Position numbers and translations under genes: made by a program. From Yuukianura sp. NJ FZ-2021 (Eukaryota): a stretch of 64,000 bases of DNA. The stretch covers positions 4,030,001 to 4,094,000 of the forward strand of contig CM102285.1 in the NCBI GenBank assembly GCA_046563655.1. Direction: 5' to 3'. Below are positions 36,951 to 51,293 of this stretch, one piece after another (within the stretch, counting starts at the first letter, position 1; the number at the start of each line of letters is the position of its first letter). The notes beneath the pieces were generated by a model. It had not been told where the DNA came from, did no database searches, and saw nothing but the letters and a program-made list of their open reading frames with translations.

Positions 36951-38942
36951 GGCTTGCGAGTACCCCATGGTGGGTCAAAATGGCGCCTTAACGCTTCAAT
37001 TCAAAAATAGTTTTGCTCAGCCTAGGAATGTTGTACACTAACCCACTATATATCAAACTTTAGGCAAAGACTTGATCTAATCAATCTAGAAATCCGGTCG
37101 ATTTGTTCCGTACATTTGTATTGAATTATCAAAATTGCCGTTAGCAACGAAATTAATTTATAAGAAATTTATGCTCCGAAATAAAAATCAAACTATAGGT
37201 GAGTTTAGGTTTTATTAGCGCCGCAATTAATTGATAGCAGAATGTCGGTCGCACGATTCCCAAAGAAGTTTGGCAAGTTTTCTCCCCTCATATTTTGTTC
37301 GGAGAAGGCGCTGCTACAACAACTGAAGGAAAGCGACCTCTCACTTGCAGAATTGGCTTATGCGGTACACAACACAGGGAGTTTCCCCACAGAACACAGA
37401 AGGGATTGTCAGTCACTTGGCGGGAGAGAATAGGATATACCCTCTACACACCCACAGTCCTCCCCATACGGGAAGTAGATCCGTTGCCCCGCCGCCACAA
37501 CGAACATCATCAACCGCTTATTCCCACCCTCTGTGGCACTCCCTAAAGCCCCTCAAACACTGCCAATTCCCCACCTAACCTACTCAAAGTTGCCGAGGGG
37601 GTAGTGGTCCCCAAATAGACGCACAAGGAAGCACACTGCTGCAGGAGGGGAAGGAGGAGGAGTACAGCATCTATTCGGAGTGCAGGCCACACCAGAAATA
37701 CAATGTAAAGCAAAAATCCATTTCTCTCCCCTCGAAGGAATCAGGGCCGTCCGCTGAACACTGCGCATAATTATTTGAGATTTAATAAAATATGATAAAA
37801 TGAAATAAAATTAAGAATAAAATAAAATAATAAAAATAAAGCCTGATGAGAAGCTGATAGGTAGCAAAAAGTTAGTCGCAGTTCAGCGTAAAAATACTAA
37901 GTCTACCGATAGGAGCAGTAGTTCACTCTGCAGAACAGTAGAACCATTGTGGAAAAGCTGAAGGATCAAGAGGTTCCATACCATGTAACTTTATTCACTT
38001 TCGGAGGAACTTGTCTTTCGGAGCAATTGGTTTCGTGGCAATTCATGTATATCATATGACCCCGTTCATATAATATGCACAAACGTTTTTCGTTTCGGTA
38101 AGATGAACATCTTTGTCCCAAAAAGAATTAACCACCCAACCCTATCCCCCTCAAAAGAAAGTATTTTTTATATTTAAATTACGTTTTAAACATTTTAGCA
38201 AATTTAAATTTAAACAAACATAATTATTTTAAAAAATTAATGATATTTTTCAAACGTTTCAATGCCCAGTTGTAAAAACTATTGCGTTCAAATTACTTAA
38301 TTTACAGTTTATTTCGAAGCTAAGTCGTTTCAATTTGCGCGAACGTAAATTCTTTTCACGACAAGCCATCGATTAAATTCACGCTGCCAAAGTCATGAAA
38401 AATAGGAAGGAAACAGTAGATTTAATCTTTGGTGATTTACTACAGAAAGTTCCTTTTGAATTCATTTGAAGTGGTGTTACGCCCAGAGTTGTTTGAATTT
38501 TTCTAACCGAAACTTCAAAAAACCATGGTTACGGCCCTGCTGCCTCGCAAGTTTTTGAGTTGAGTGGAATGTGTGTTGTATGTAGAGAGTCCACCTTTCA
38601 AGGTACTGTCTGTCCGCCTGGTACCCAGCCCTCTCCAAATTCCAAACTTCCTCTTTCAAATTAGAAGTAACGTAGAGGCAGTGCACTGCTGGACAGGTTT
38701 CTATTTCCGGAACTTCCTTCTGGATACGAGACAGTCCTACAAGGAATCAATCCAGTCCCTTCAAACATCCTCCATCTGCAGAAGGCACATCCGACTCCCG
38801 TGAACTCCAGGCGAAGTAATTAAAGGGGCGGAACAGAGGACGAATCTGCAAAGAATACAAAAATCGTAAGCCAACATTTAAAATACGTTTTTATCATTGT
38901 GAATTTTATTTTAATTTGAATACTGAATACTGATTCCAAAAA

Positions 38943-41900
38943 ATGGACAAAGAGTGAGATAGGCACTAGGCAGAATTACGAATAAGAGAAAGTGGAGAAC
39001 TCTCGTCCGTCAGTATGACATATGATGCTGGTATGGGGGCTGGATGATATAAGACGAACAAAGCTGACTAACATTGTTTTTCCTATGGATGGGGCTTTGA
39101 ACTTTCCGAGAAATGCTGAAACAAAAAACTCCAACTATTAATCACAATTAGAGTTTGTTGGTTCGAATTTTTATATCGTTACCCACGATAATCTGAAATT
39201 TGATTTCTGAAATTTTATGGAATTTTTTTTTTATGAAAAAGCGGAATGCGTTAAAAATTTTATTTCAGCATAGCAGTGGGCAATGCTGATTGTCGTCTTT
39301 CTACAAACGTCGTATCACACCCTGACCTTCGAAATATTTCTTTTTTGACACGGTCTCAAAAATTACGCATATTTAGAAAATTTTGAAACTTGAATTTCCC
39401 AATTATTGGCAAATATCAAGTTTTTCGAAAAATATGTTTTTGGCTACTTTTTGCCAGGTTAGGTTAAGGTTTTAGAGGCTTAAACAATGTTATTTAACAG
39501 TGTCTTTAGGGTAGATTTGATTAGCGTTTGAAAAACGCGATTGTTTTTGTTTTTTTAACATATGTCCTTTTGGAAAATTTCCAATTTTCAAAATTTTTTA
39601 GAAATTAGAGATTTTTGCGACCGGATGAAAAAAACATTTTTTTTTCATTGTTAGGAAGTACCTGGAAATACGGACCTGGAAATTTTCCTACTTAAGTTAA
39701 TTTTTTTTTCAATTTACTCTAGATCTTTGCTGGAACAAGACCTCGACACAAGAAACGCCACTCGAGTAGTTATGGCTCAACAAACTGTACAGATCACAAC
39801 GGCAGGACAGCCTACAATTATCGCGCCAGCCAACCAGTTGTTTCGGGCGCAAAATGTTATACAAGCAGCAAACTTGGTTACACAAAATGGGAACACCATA
39901 ATCACTGCGGGTAGGAAGCTCCATTTCACAATCTTGCCCATACACGTTGAGATTATAGCTTCAAACTCCTCAATGCAAAACTTAATTTTGAAGATGACGT
40001 ACAAAATGTCTGATATACGTCCTAAATGCACGCTTTCTTTTGGGAAATTCGGTAAAAAGTACCGAAGTTACTGACTTTTTTGCTGTTGCCAAGTATACGA
40101 TCAAACTTTGGTTTTTAGCAGTGTTGGTGGACGCTTAAACGGCCAGTGGCTTAGTTGCCACTTCCAGTGGATATCCACTGGAAGAAACGCACCCCAAATG
40201 GACGAAACTAAAAGTGGATGGAAGAAATCACAAATTTTGCGCGAAATTCAAATCAATTCAAATTTAAATTTACGAAATGTAATCGGAAAGCTTTACTTCC
40301 GACATTATAATTAATATATTATTTAAAACGTATTTAAAAACGATATATATAGTTTTTGGACTGTGTTTTCATGTTGTTTAGTTTTTTGAAGTGAATTTAA
40401 TTCAAATTCAGAGGGCAAGGCTCCGCCCCTTTGGATTCATCCATTTCGTCCATTTCTTCCACTGGGTATCCAGCCGTGGATGAAATGTCGAAAAAGTGGA
40501 TATCCACCAACACTGGTTTTTAGGGTATTGTAGTTTCTCCATTTTTTTTCGTCTGAATTTTAAAAATGCCTTTCCGTAACACAATACTACAGGGGCAATT
40601 TGGTTTGCTGGTTTCTTTCACAAGCATGTTGCATTGCATTATGTTAACAACACTTACACTCCGTCTTTTTCTACAACAGGTCAAAATGTTGTCCGCACCG
40701 CGATGCCACAAATGCTCCAGTTCCCAATTCAGCAAACCATTCCCGTCCAAATACCGATGCAGACGGCGAATGGACAAACAATTATACAAACCGTTCATAT
40801 ACCCGTGCAAACATTGGCCACCGCCATACCTAACTCCGGAGTAATACAAGGCGGTCAATTTCAAGTGATACAGCCACAGCTAACACAGGTAGCTATTAAC
40901 CTAAAAGTTATGTCGCAATTTGTTTTTAAATTGAATTCCAAAACCATTCTTACTTTATAGATTCCTCAACAGCAGTTAGCGCAGGTTATTACGCCTTCGG
41001 GGCAAATTCAGCTAGCACAAATTGCCTCTCCAGCAACAACAAGTCAGGCGGGAACAGTTACGAATTGGACACAGAATCCAAACGGCACAATAACTATTCA
41101 GGTAAACCCAAACTGGGTTGTACTTATTTATGTATATAAATAGTAATTTGTATTATTTCCTCCATAATTTGACCGAAATTAATGACATTTATGTTAAATG
41201 GTTATGCTTGCTTAGACTTCAGTTGGTAACGATCAGTCAAATGCAGTCACCACAGCGGCACAACCCCAAGTATCTTCGACAACGCAAGCTACTAACGGCG
41301 TTACATCTACAACGCCTACAGTTGTCACAGCTCAAACACAGCATCAACAACAACCTCAACAACTTGCACAACAGATTACAATTCAGGGTGCTGGTGGGCA
41401 ACAATTTACTGTCATTCCTCAAAATTTGAATCAACAATTTCAGGTAACTACCTGAAAACGTAGGAAAAAATGCTTTCGTTTCGTGTGCTGTATAATTTAA
41501 ACAAGTCCCAAATTAAACCATTTAAACAATCCCGGCCGTTACAAAGCAACAACTTTTTTTTTCGGTATTTTGTGCACATGAAAGGAACAACTATAATGAG
41601 ATGACAATTGACAATAAAAAAGTAACTCGACGTTTTTTTAATACTGTTTAGACCATGTCTATTCCCGGTCTCGGAAATGTACAACTGATACCAGCAGGAG
41701 TACTTCAAGGGCAACAAACCCTTACTCTACAGCAACAAGCTCCAAATAGTACGCAGCAGGCAATTTTACAAGCAATTCAGGCCACCACGTCTCCTTTAAT
41801 GGCTGGATTAGGTAAATGACAGAGTTGAAAAACAGATTGTAAATCGTTCCTGTTGCAAAAATCCAAAACTGCACTCTGTGAATGTTTTAGGTGCACAACA

Positions 41901-43186
41901 AATACAGCAAGATCCATTGGATCCGTCTAAATGGCAAGTCATTAACCCGTCAAATCTGGTTGTAACAACGTCACTTCCGAATGGCAGTACTGTGGCAACT
42001 ATTAAAACTGAACTGGAAAAGCCAAAGACACGTCTCAGAAGAGTCGCGTGTACTTGCCCCAACTGTACAGACATCGATGCGAGGTATTGTGTACTTGTAT
42101 ACAATACTCTAATTCTAATCCAACGTTTACGTGTACGTGTACGTTTTACGTGTAGATGAATGACATTTTACCTGTAATGTTTTAGGAACAATGGTGAAAA
42201 GAAGAAGCAACACATTTGCCATATAGTTGGATGCGGAAAAATTTATGGGAAAACGTCACATCTAAGAGCGCATTTGCGCTGGCACAACGGCGAAAAGTAA
42301 GTTGTTAGTAATGCTCAAATGATAATTTGAATTTGATCTAAGTACGAGTGTTAGCACTACTAAAGATTACTACACACAAAACGGTTGGTCATTTGTTTCT
42401 CAGGCCTTTCGTATGTCAATGGCTATTCTGTGGTAAACGTTTCACCCGTTCTGACGAGCTTCAGAGGCACCGTCGAACTCGTGAGTGCCTGAATGCTTTC
42501 CGTTTATTTGAAGTCCAATGCATCTTGTACCATAAGAGTCATTCATGATAGAATTATATTTTAGATACCGGTGAAAAGCGGTTCCAGTGTCATGAGTGCT
42601 TGAAGAAATTTATGAGGTCCGATCACCTATCGAAACATATCAAGACTCACACTAAGCACAGGATCGTTGGTGTTGACGTAGTGCCCGATTTAGCCGACGC
42701 AGACAGCAAACCAGGGACTATAAAATCTGTAAGTTCTACTCTTTTTGAATTAATTTTATACATGCAATTTTACAGTCACTTACTCCAGATCTTTGAAGTC
42801 AAATTAAACAAAACAAAAAGTGCACGAGAGGCATTTAGATTTTTTAGTTGCCAAATTAAAGCTAAACGTGCCAGAAGAAAGTTAGTTTGTAATTCGTGTG
42901 TGGGAATACAAAAATGAAACTTTTTTTTGCATTCTTACTCCTTATTCTAAAATGGGAATTCAAATAGAACAATGTATAAAATCGACTAAATTGTCAAATC
43001 AGAATCCTAATTGTACTTTTGAAATGTCTTCAGGAAATTTTGGGATCAGATTCAATGGAAGACGAGGAAGGACTAGACCAAGATCAGTTGGAAGATGACG
43101 AAGACGGTGAGAGTGAAATGATGATCACAATCAACACTGATGGAGATCAACCGGAACTGATTATAACGGAAGGGAATGCAGACTAA
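38943..43186 (+). CDS. Sp-family (Sp1-4-like) transcription factor
   Basis: Q-rich exons, buttonhead box [10 protein letters not shown], three C2H2 fingers ([52 protein letters not shown]), acidic tail; start exon MDKE (38943-38953) inferred from splice phase. Confidence 0.92.
40119..40515. mobile_element. hAT-type MITE in an Sp intron
   Basis: TIR CAGTGTTGGTGGA...TCCACCAACACTG; 8-bp TSD GTTTTTAG. Confidence 0.9.
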
Positions 43187-44308
43187 ATAGGAATTCTTTT
43201 CATTATTTTAATCAGCTAAGGAAGTACAAAAAATTTATTGACAAGAAAACTGAAGCCAGATATTTAAAGTTTCGCATATTCTGTATATCAATTTACAGAA
43301 AAAATACATATGTTTTTAAAATATGATTTCAACTGTCCAATATGACGTTTTGCCAATACTACTAATTTCTCATTACTAATTCACATTAATAGGTCACACA
43401 AGGTCAAACGGATCAATTTTAGCATACTCTGATTCTGTAAATTACTTATTATTAGTCTATTCGTGTTAAGCAGATACGAATCTCTCGAATTTGAAGTTTT
43501 GGCAGTTCTGATTCAGCGTCTGCGCACCTCTGTTGGGTTCTCGAATCTATTGAAACATCAACGCGTTTCTGTGTGCTACTTGGTTTTGTCGTCGTTTTTC
43601 TAGTGCTAACAGCATGCTTCTTTTTCATGTGCCATTTCATTGTGCTTGACTTTGTAAAATGCATTTCGTAAAACCGACACTCGAATTCTCTGCTAACATT
43701 GTGTAATTGCTTCTGATTTTCCAGATTCTGCTGAGAAAGAAGCTTTTTGAGGCAAATGTCGCATTCAAATGTCTTGGACTTTATTCCATGCGTTTTCAAA
43801 TGAACTCTAAGGTCCCCGGCAGATACAGTTGCATGACTACAGTGTGGACACTGATGAGTCGTCTCACCGACATGTAGCCTTATGTGATCATTCCTATTCT
43901 GTGGCATTCAAAAATTTAAATTTGCATTTTAATTTAATTGACTAGCACAAAAAATTTTTTTGCTTTGTTTCAGCATAACTTAAGGAGAGACAACAGGTCA
44001 ATAAAAATAACGCCAAATAACGTTTTGTAGACATGGCAACGACTGAGAATTGAGAAATCCCACATTACGTAATCATGCAAAACCCGGACGGGTGGATTCT
44101 TAACGATTGAAATTTTGCACAACTCATGCTAACTTGCGAATCACTGCGTTGGATTTCAAATTTGACGCTCCTTCGCGGGTTTTTCTAAATGGGTATGGCG
44201 AAGTGGATGAGCCACTTCTGAGACTCAATTCTCAAGTCGCCCCAACTCTTAGTGACGTAATGCGAAATAATAAATTGTAAACAAGAAATTCGTGAACTCT
44301 GACCCAAT

Positions 44309-44625
44309 CTTCTGGTGCACTTCCTGACTGATTGGTAAGACCCTCAGAAAACTACGACCACACTTTTCGCATTAGCACACGCTAATAAACAGCACATCTG
44401 ACGATTATTTGACGAAAACAGGACCCTTCGCCCAGAAAACTTAGGTTTTCTGGGTTTTCCCAGGATTTCAGAAACATCTTCCAGAAAACCTAAGTTTTCT
44501 GGGCGAAGGGTCCTGTTTTCGTCAAATAATCGTCAGATGTGCTGTTTATTAGCGTGTGCTAATGCGAAAAGTGTGGTCGTAGTTTTCTGAGGGTCTTACC
44601 AATCAGTCAGGAAGTGCACCAGAAG
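44309..44625. repeat. Long inverted repeat: 145-bp arms, 27-bp spacer
   Basis: 44309-44453 is the reverse complement of 44481-44625, with no mismatch seen by eye. Confidence 0.93.
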
Positions 44626-44832
44626 TCTTATGGGAAATTGGGTAATAAGCGAATCTGTCCATCGTAATCTTAAGTTTCAAAATATTTTAGTAGCGTCGTG
44701 GGTACAAAACTTCTAGAAACTAAGCTTACATGTTCGATATGAGTTTGGTAGTCGCAGAATCCGCAATGAAACTTCTTTTTCAAATGGCTGTTTTTGTGAC
44801 GCTTGAGACCAGATTTAGTTCCGTACGACTTC

Positions 44833-45538
44833 GGTTCCATGCCATTGCTCCGAATGAATTGGTCCGAAGCGCAATGCTACGAATGAATTGCTACGAAACC
44901 ATTTGCTCCGAAAGGCACTTTGCTCCGAATGGTACTTTGCTCCGAAACAGCATTGCCCCGAAACAAGTTGCTCCGAATGGTACACTGCTCCGAAAGATTA
45001 TTTTCTCCGAAAAATTATTTTCTCCGAAAAATTATTTTCTCCGAAAGATTATTTTCTCCGAAAAATTATTCTTAGGTTACTGTTAATTGGGTTTCTACTT
45101 GGGTTTGGTTAGGGTTTGCTCACTTCACTAATCCTCGAGACGTTATCAGTATTGAGAACTTTAAAAAACCTAACACCGCGCCTTCGGCGCGGGACCATAA
45201 AGGCGAATTCACTCATTTCAGTATTTCATTGAAATACTTTCCTCCTCCTGGCTTCACTGAAATACTTCCATTGAAATACTTCACTTTTCAACTCTGGACG
45301 GATAACTGCAATTCACCCAATAATCTTTTGGAGAAAATAATCTTTCGGAGAAAATAATTTTCGGAGAAAATAACCTTTCGGAGTAAATAATCTTTCGGAG
45401 CAATTGGTTTCGAGGCATTGCTGTTTCGGAGCAAAGTATCATTCGGAGCAAAATGCCTTTCGGAGCAAATGGATTCGTAGCAATTCATTCGTTGCATTGC
45501 GCTTCGGAGCAATTCATTCGGAGCAATGGCGTGCTACC
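44833..45538. mobile_element. Foldback/MULE-like non-autonomous element with long modular TIRs
   Basis: Inverted arms of about 200-240 bp built from ~15-bp TTGCTCCGAA/TTCTCCGAA subrepeats; GG...CC ends; 8-bp TSD ACGACTTC (44825-44832, 45539-45546); central hairpin CGCGCCTTCGGCGCG. Confidence 0.88.
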
Positions 45539-46787
45539 ACGACTTCTTACTGGAAAGCTCTTTCCTTCGTGTGCACAACCGTATGCCTCTCAAGATCTTT
45601 ACAACTTCCAGCGGGAAATTGACAAAACGTGCACATAAAATCGCTCACTCCAGTATGTATTCTGAGGTGGTCCTTGAGATCCCAGTCGCTTTTAAATTTC
45701 ATTGGACAATACTTGCAGCAGAGCAGCTCCTGCGTGCTGCGTGTGGTCGCGACGATGTGCCACAAGTGCGGAACTGGTTTGATAGGCATTCGGGCATTCC
45801 GAGCAGACGTAAGGTTTTTCCCCAGTATGTGTCCGAATATGCTTCGTTAGGTCACATTGCTCGTTAAAAGTTTTGGAACACAATTTGCATTTCAGTGGTA
45901 TGGATTCCGAGTGAGTGCGCATGTGCCTGGGGAGATGCCTAGCCCTCAGAACTCGGCTGCACTGTGGGCATGCGCGAGGATCAGCTTTTGTGTAAGCGAG
46001 GATATGGCTGCTAAGGGAACTGTGCTGCTTAAATTTCTTTGGACAACTTCTGCTAGAATACGGTAGCTCGGAACTGCTCATTATAGGTATTTAAATTTCT
46101 TGCAGTCGCAGTCGTAGAGTGTTTTGTCTGTACAATGTATGTGTAGTAGTGATCACTGTGCGATCAGATTTTCAGAATCACTTTTAGAATTTGTAAAAGA
46201 AAAAAACGGCTATTCATAAAGTCAGACACACCAATCCGTAACCGTTCGAGTCACAAAAACAAAAAAGCAAACTGAAGATGAGCTGTGGAAGAAGCGTGTT
46301 ATTATGCCTTTTTCAAAACAAAATTCTGTTTCTTCCCTTACATTTTCCTATGAGTGTTGAAAAGGTCAAATTTCTCGAACCATAGATATTATAATACTAA
46401 TGAGCACTGGTAATTCCGCGAATGCATACCAGCCGATTGGTTTGTTTATAGTTACCGATTGGCTTGCTTGTTCTGAAAATTTTAAAACTCAACAAACCAA
46501 AAAATTTCAAAATTTTCGAATTTGAATTTCTTTCCTTGTTATCTAACAATTTGTATTTCTCAACTTCAAGTGCTTTGGCTTTCGAATTTCACATGAACGC
46601 ACCAATGAAACCCACAAAAACGTGACCCCACCATTCGTGACAACATTTTGGTCTACGCCTGAATCAGCAGCAGCTCCTGGGAGAAAAATTTCGAGAGTCG
46701 CAATGCCGGAAAAAGTTAAAAAAAACATTCTTAATTGGATGTGTGTCTCCTTTAAAAGGGAAGGAAAAATAATACGCACAAATTTTA

Positions 46788-49243
<2,456 letters not shown>

Positions 49244-51293
49244 TCTTAAAAACTCAAAAAAAAAAGAGCAAAATTTGGGAATGACCTGACAGGTGAAGTA
49301 CAAACTCACGATTGAATTTCAACCTAAAGAACCGGGAGAATGAATTCTAAATAGAGTTTCCCTTTATTCCCCCGACCTTGAAAAACTCAAAAACCAAAAA
49401 CATTTCAAAAGTTCAAAATTGATCCTTCACTTAATTACTTTTGTCATTTTGAAAAAGTTTTAAAGAAATGTTGGAACATAATAACCTGAAAGATAGATGT
49501 GTGTTTTAAGTTATCCCGAAGGAAGTCTTCAACAATGTCCACGACCTTGCTAGGGTTAGAAACATGAATATAGTGACCTCCGTCAACCTCAACTCTCCTC
49601 TATAGAGTAGATTAACTTCAACATTTTCAAAGCGAATTCTAAAGATTATACTTTCTGACCTGCAGCTGCAATATGACCCCATGGAACAAGGATTTTGAAT
49701 TCCATTTGTAAAAAACTTGGGCCCGGAGTTCGAACACTTTTGACTGAAAAGTTTCAAATGTTGTCACCAATGCATTGGTGGCAACATTTTGGTATAAGCC
49801 CAAAGCGGCAGCAGCTTCGGGGAAAAATTTTTGAGAGGATCTGACATGTCGGAGAAAGTGAAAGGCATTTCTTTCAACCTCAAACGCTTCTGTTTTTGAA
49901 TTTCACGTGAACTCTCTAATGAAACTCACAAAACCGTGATCCCACCAGTGGTGGCAACATTTTGGTGTACGCTCCAGGCGCCAGGAGCTCGTAGTAGAAA
50001 ATTTCGAGATCTCGACTTTCACTTTTTCAAATTTTGGTGCATTTCCACTTCAAGCGCTTTTTGAACTTTACGAAAATGAATGTAAGGAACCCAGGCATGC
50101 GTTGCATGTGTTGAAGCCAATGGCATCAAACATTTTTGGGTGCTTTGATCTTAACAAAATGGTCAGACAAAGTCTAAATTGTGAGTACAGTATGGTTGAA
50201 CGTGTCTGGGGCGAAGCCGTAGCTAGAATACGAAGCATTCTTGTTTCTACTAAAAGTTATCATCCAGATCCAATGAATGGCTTCTTCATCGAATCTTATC
50301 AACAAGAGATTTTATAAATTACAGTTCTGCTATGAGAACCAAAATATTCAGGGAGAAGTTACCTAAGAACTAATTTACTTTAATACATATTTTAGCCTAG
50401 TATTAGGCATAATTAGGTTAGCAATTAATATTTAACATAACAACCAACATAATACCATCCCGAATTGCACTAGGCCACTTCAGTGGGGGCAGTTCAAATA
50501 TTACAATAATATTGCGTGAAAATGCAAAAACGAGTGTAAACTAAATCAAATTGAATTCTAAAAAAGCTACCACCTTTATCATACATATTTTTCAAAGTCT
50601 AATAGTATGCCAGAGCTTTGTGGTTTTAAATTCTCGATTCTAGGTATCTGGTATGGTATATCTCTAGGTACTACCTGTGTGCTTGAGATACTTGATACTT
50701 GATTTATGTTACTTTAGCATACTTTAACTATTTCTCTAAAGGTCAAGGTTACTCCAGGCAAGGTGTTTTTGTTTATGGTAAGGTATTTACTTGGCTCATG
50801 GGTGAAATAATGTAACTATAGACATTTATTAAGAACTAGGCCATGCCAAAGAACTAGTCAGATAAAAAGGTTGTAATAAATATGACAAAAACATTTTTAG
50901 TTTTTAAGCGAAGTAATGTAATGTATAACGACCAGAAATTATTTACATCGCAGGAAGTGACTTCCTTCATGGTGCCGTCCCACTTTTCAGAAAGCTTTCC
51001 ACCCATTTTATAAAAACATGGTTTTGGCATATGAAAAAAAAATAAAAGAAAGTCCTGTTTTCAATTCAAAACTTTCCTAAGATGAAATCAACATTCTATT
51101 AAAATTTCAACAAATTTGACTATTACCTTTTAGAAAAAGTTTGCTTTTGTTTGCAAAAGTGACAATTCTAGTACGCGTCATTTAAGTTTTTGGAGAGCCG
51201 TGTTAGGTATCTCTACGGGTCTAAAAATTTCAGAAACTTTGAGTCCGTCAAAAATTGGTATAAAATTTGCGTCTTGTATCTTATTTGGTCTCA

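Larger units (their letters stand above)
43452..46150 (-). pseudogene. C2H2 zinc-finger array pseudogene (paralog of 55275 and 61787)
   Basis: C2H2 fingers with TGEKP linkers; frameshift near 45730, stop at 45547, foldback element inserted in exon 1, lost Cys/His ligands in exon 2; ends EIRICLTRID. Confidence 0.85.

Noticed and set aside
39015-39030. Alternative Sp start exon MTYDA
   Set aside because: Its splice phase does not match the acceptor at 39723, whereas the MDKE exon does.
43980-44673. TTAA-flanked Kolobok/piggyBac-like element around the palindrome
   Set aside because: The two candidate ends are not inverted repeats of each other.
44730-45638. Repetitive ORFs (LLRKIIFSEK...)
   Set aside because: Translations of the 15-bp subrepeats of the foldback element.
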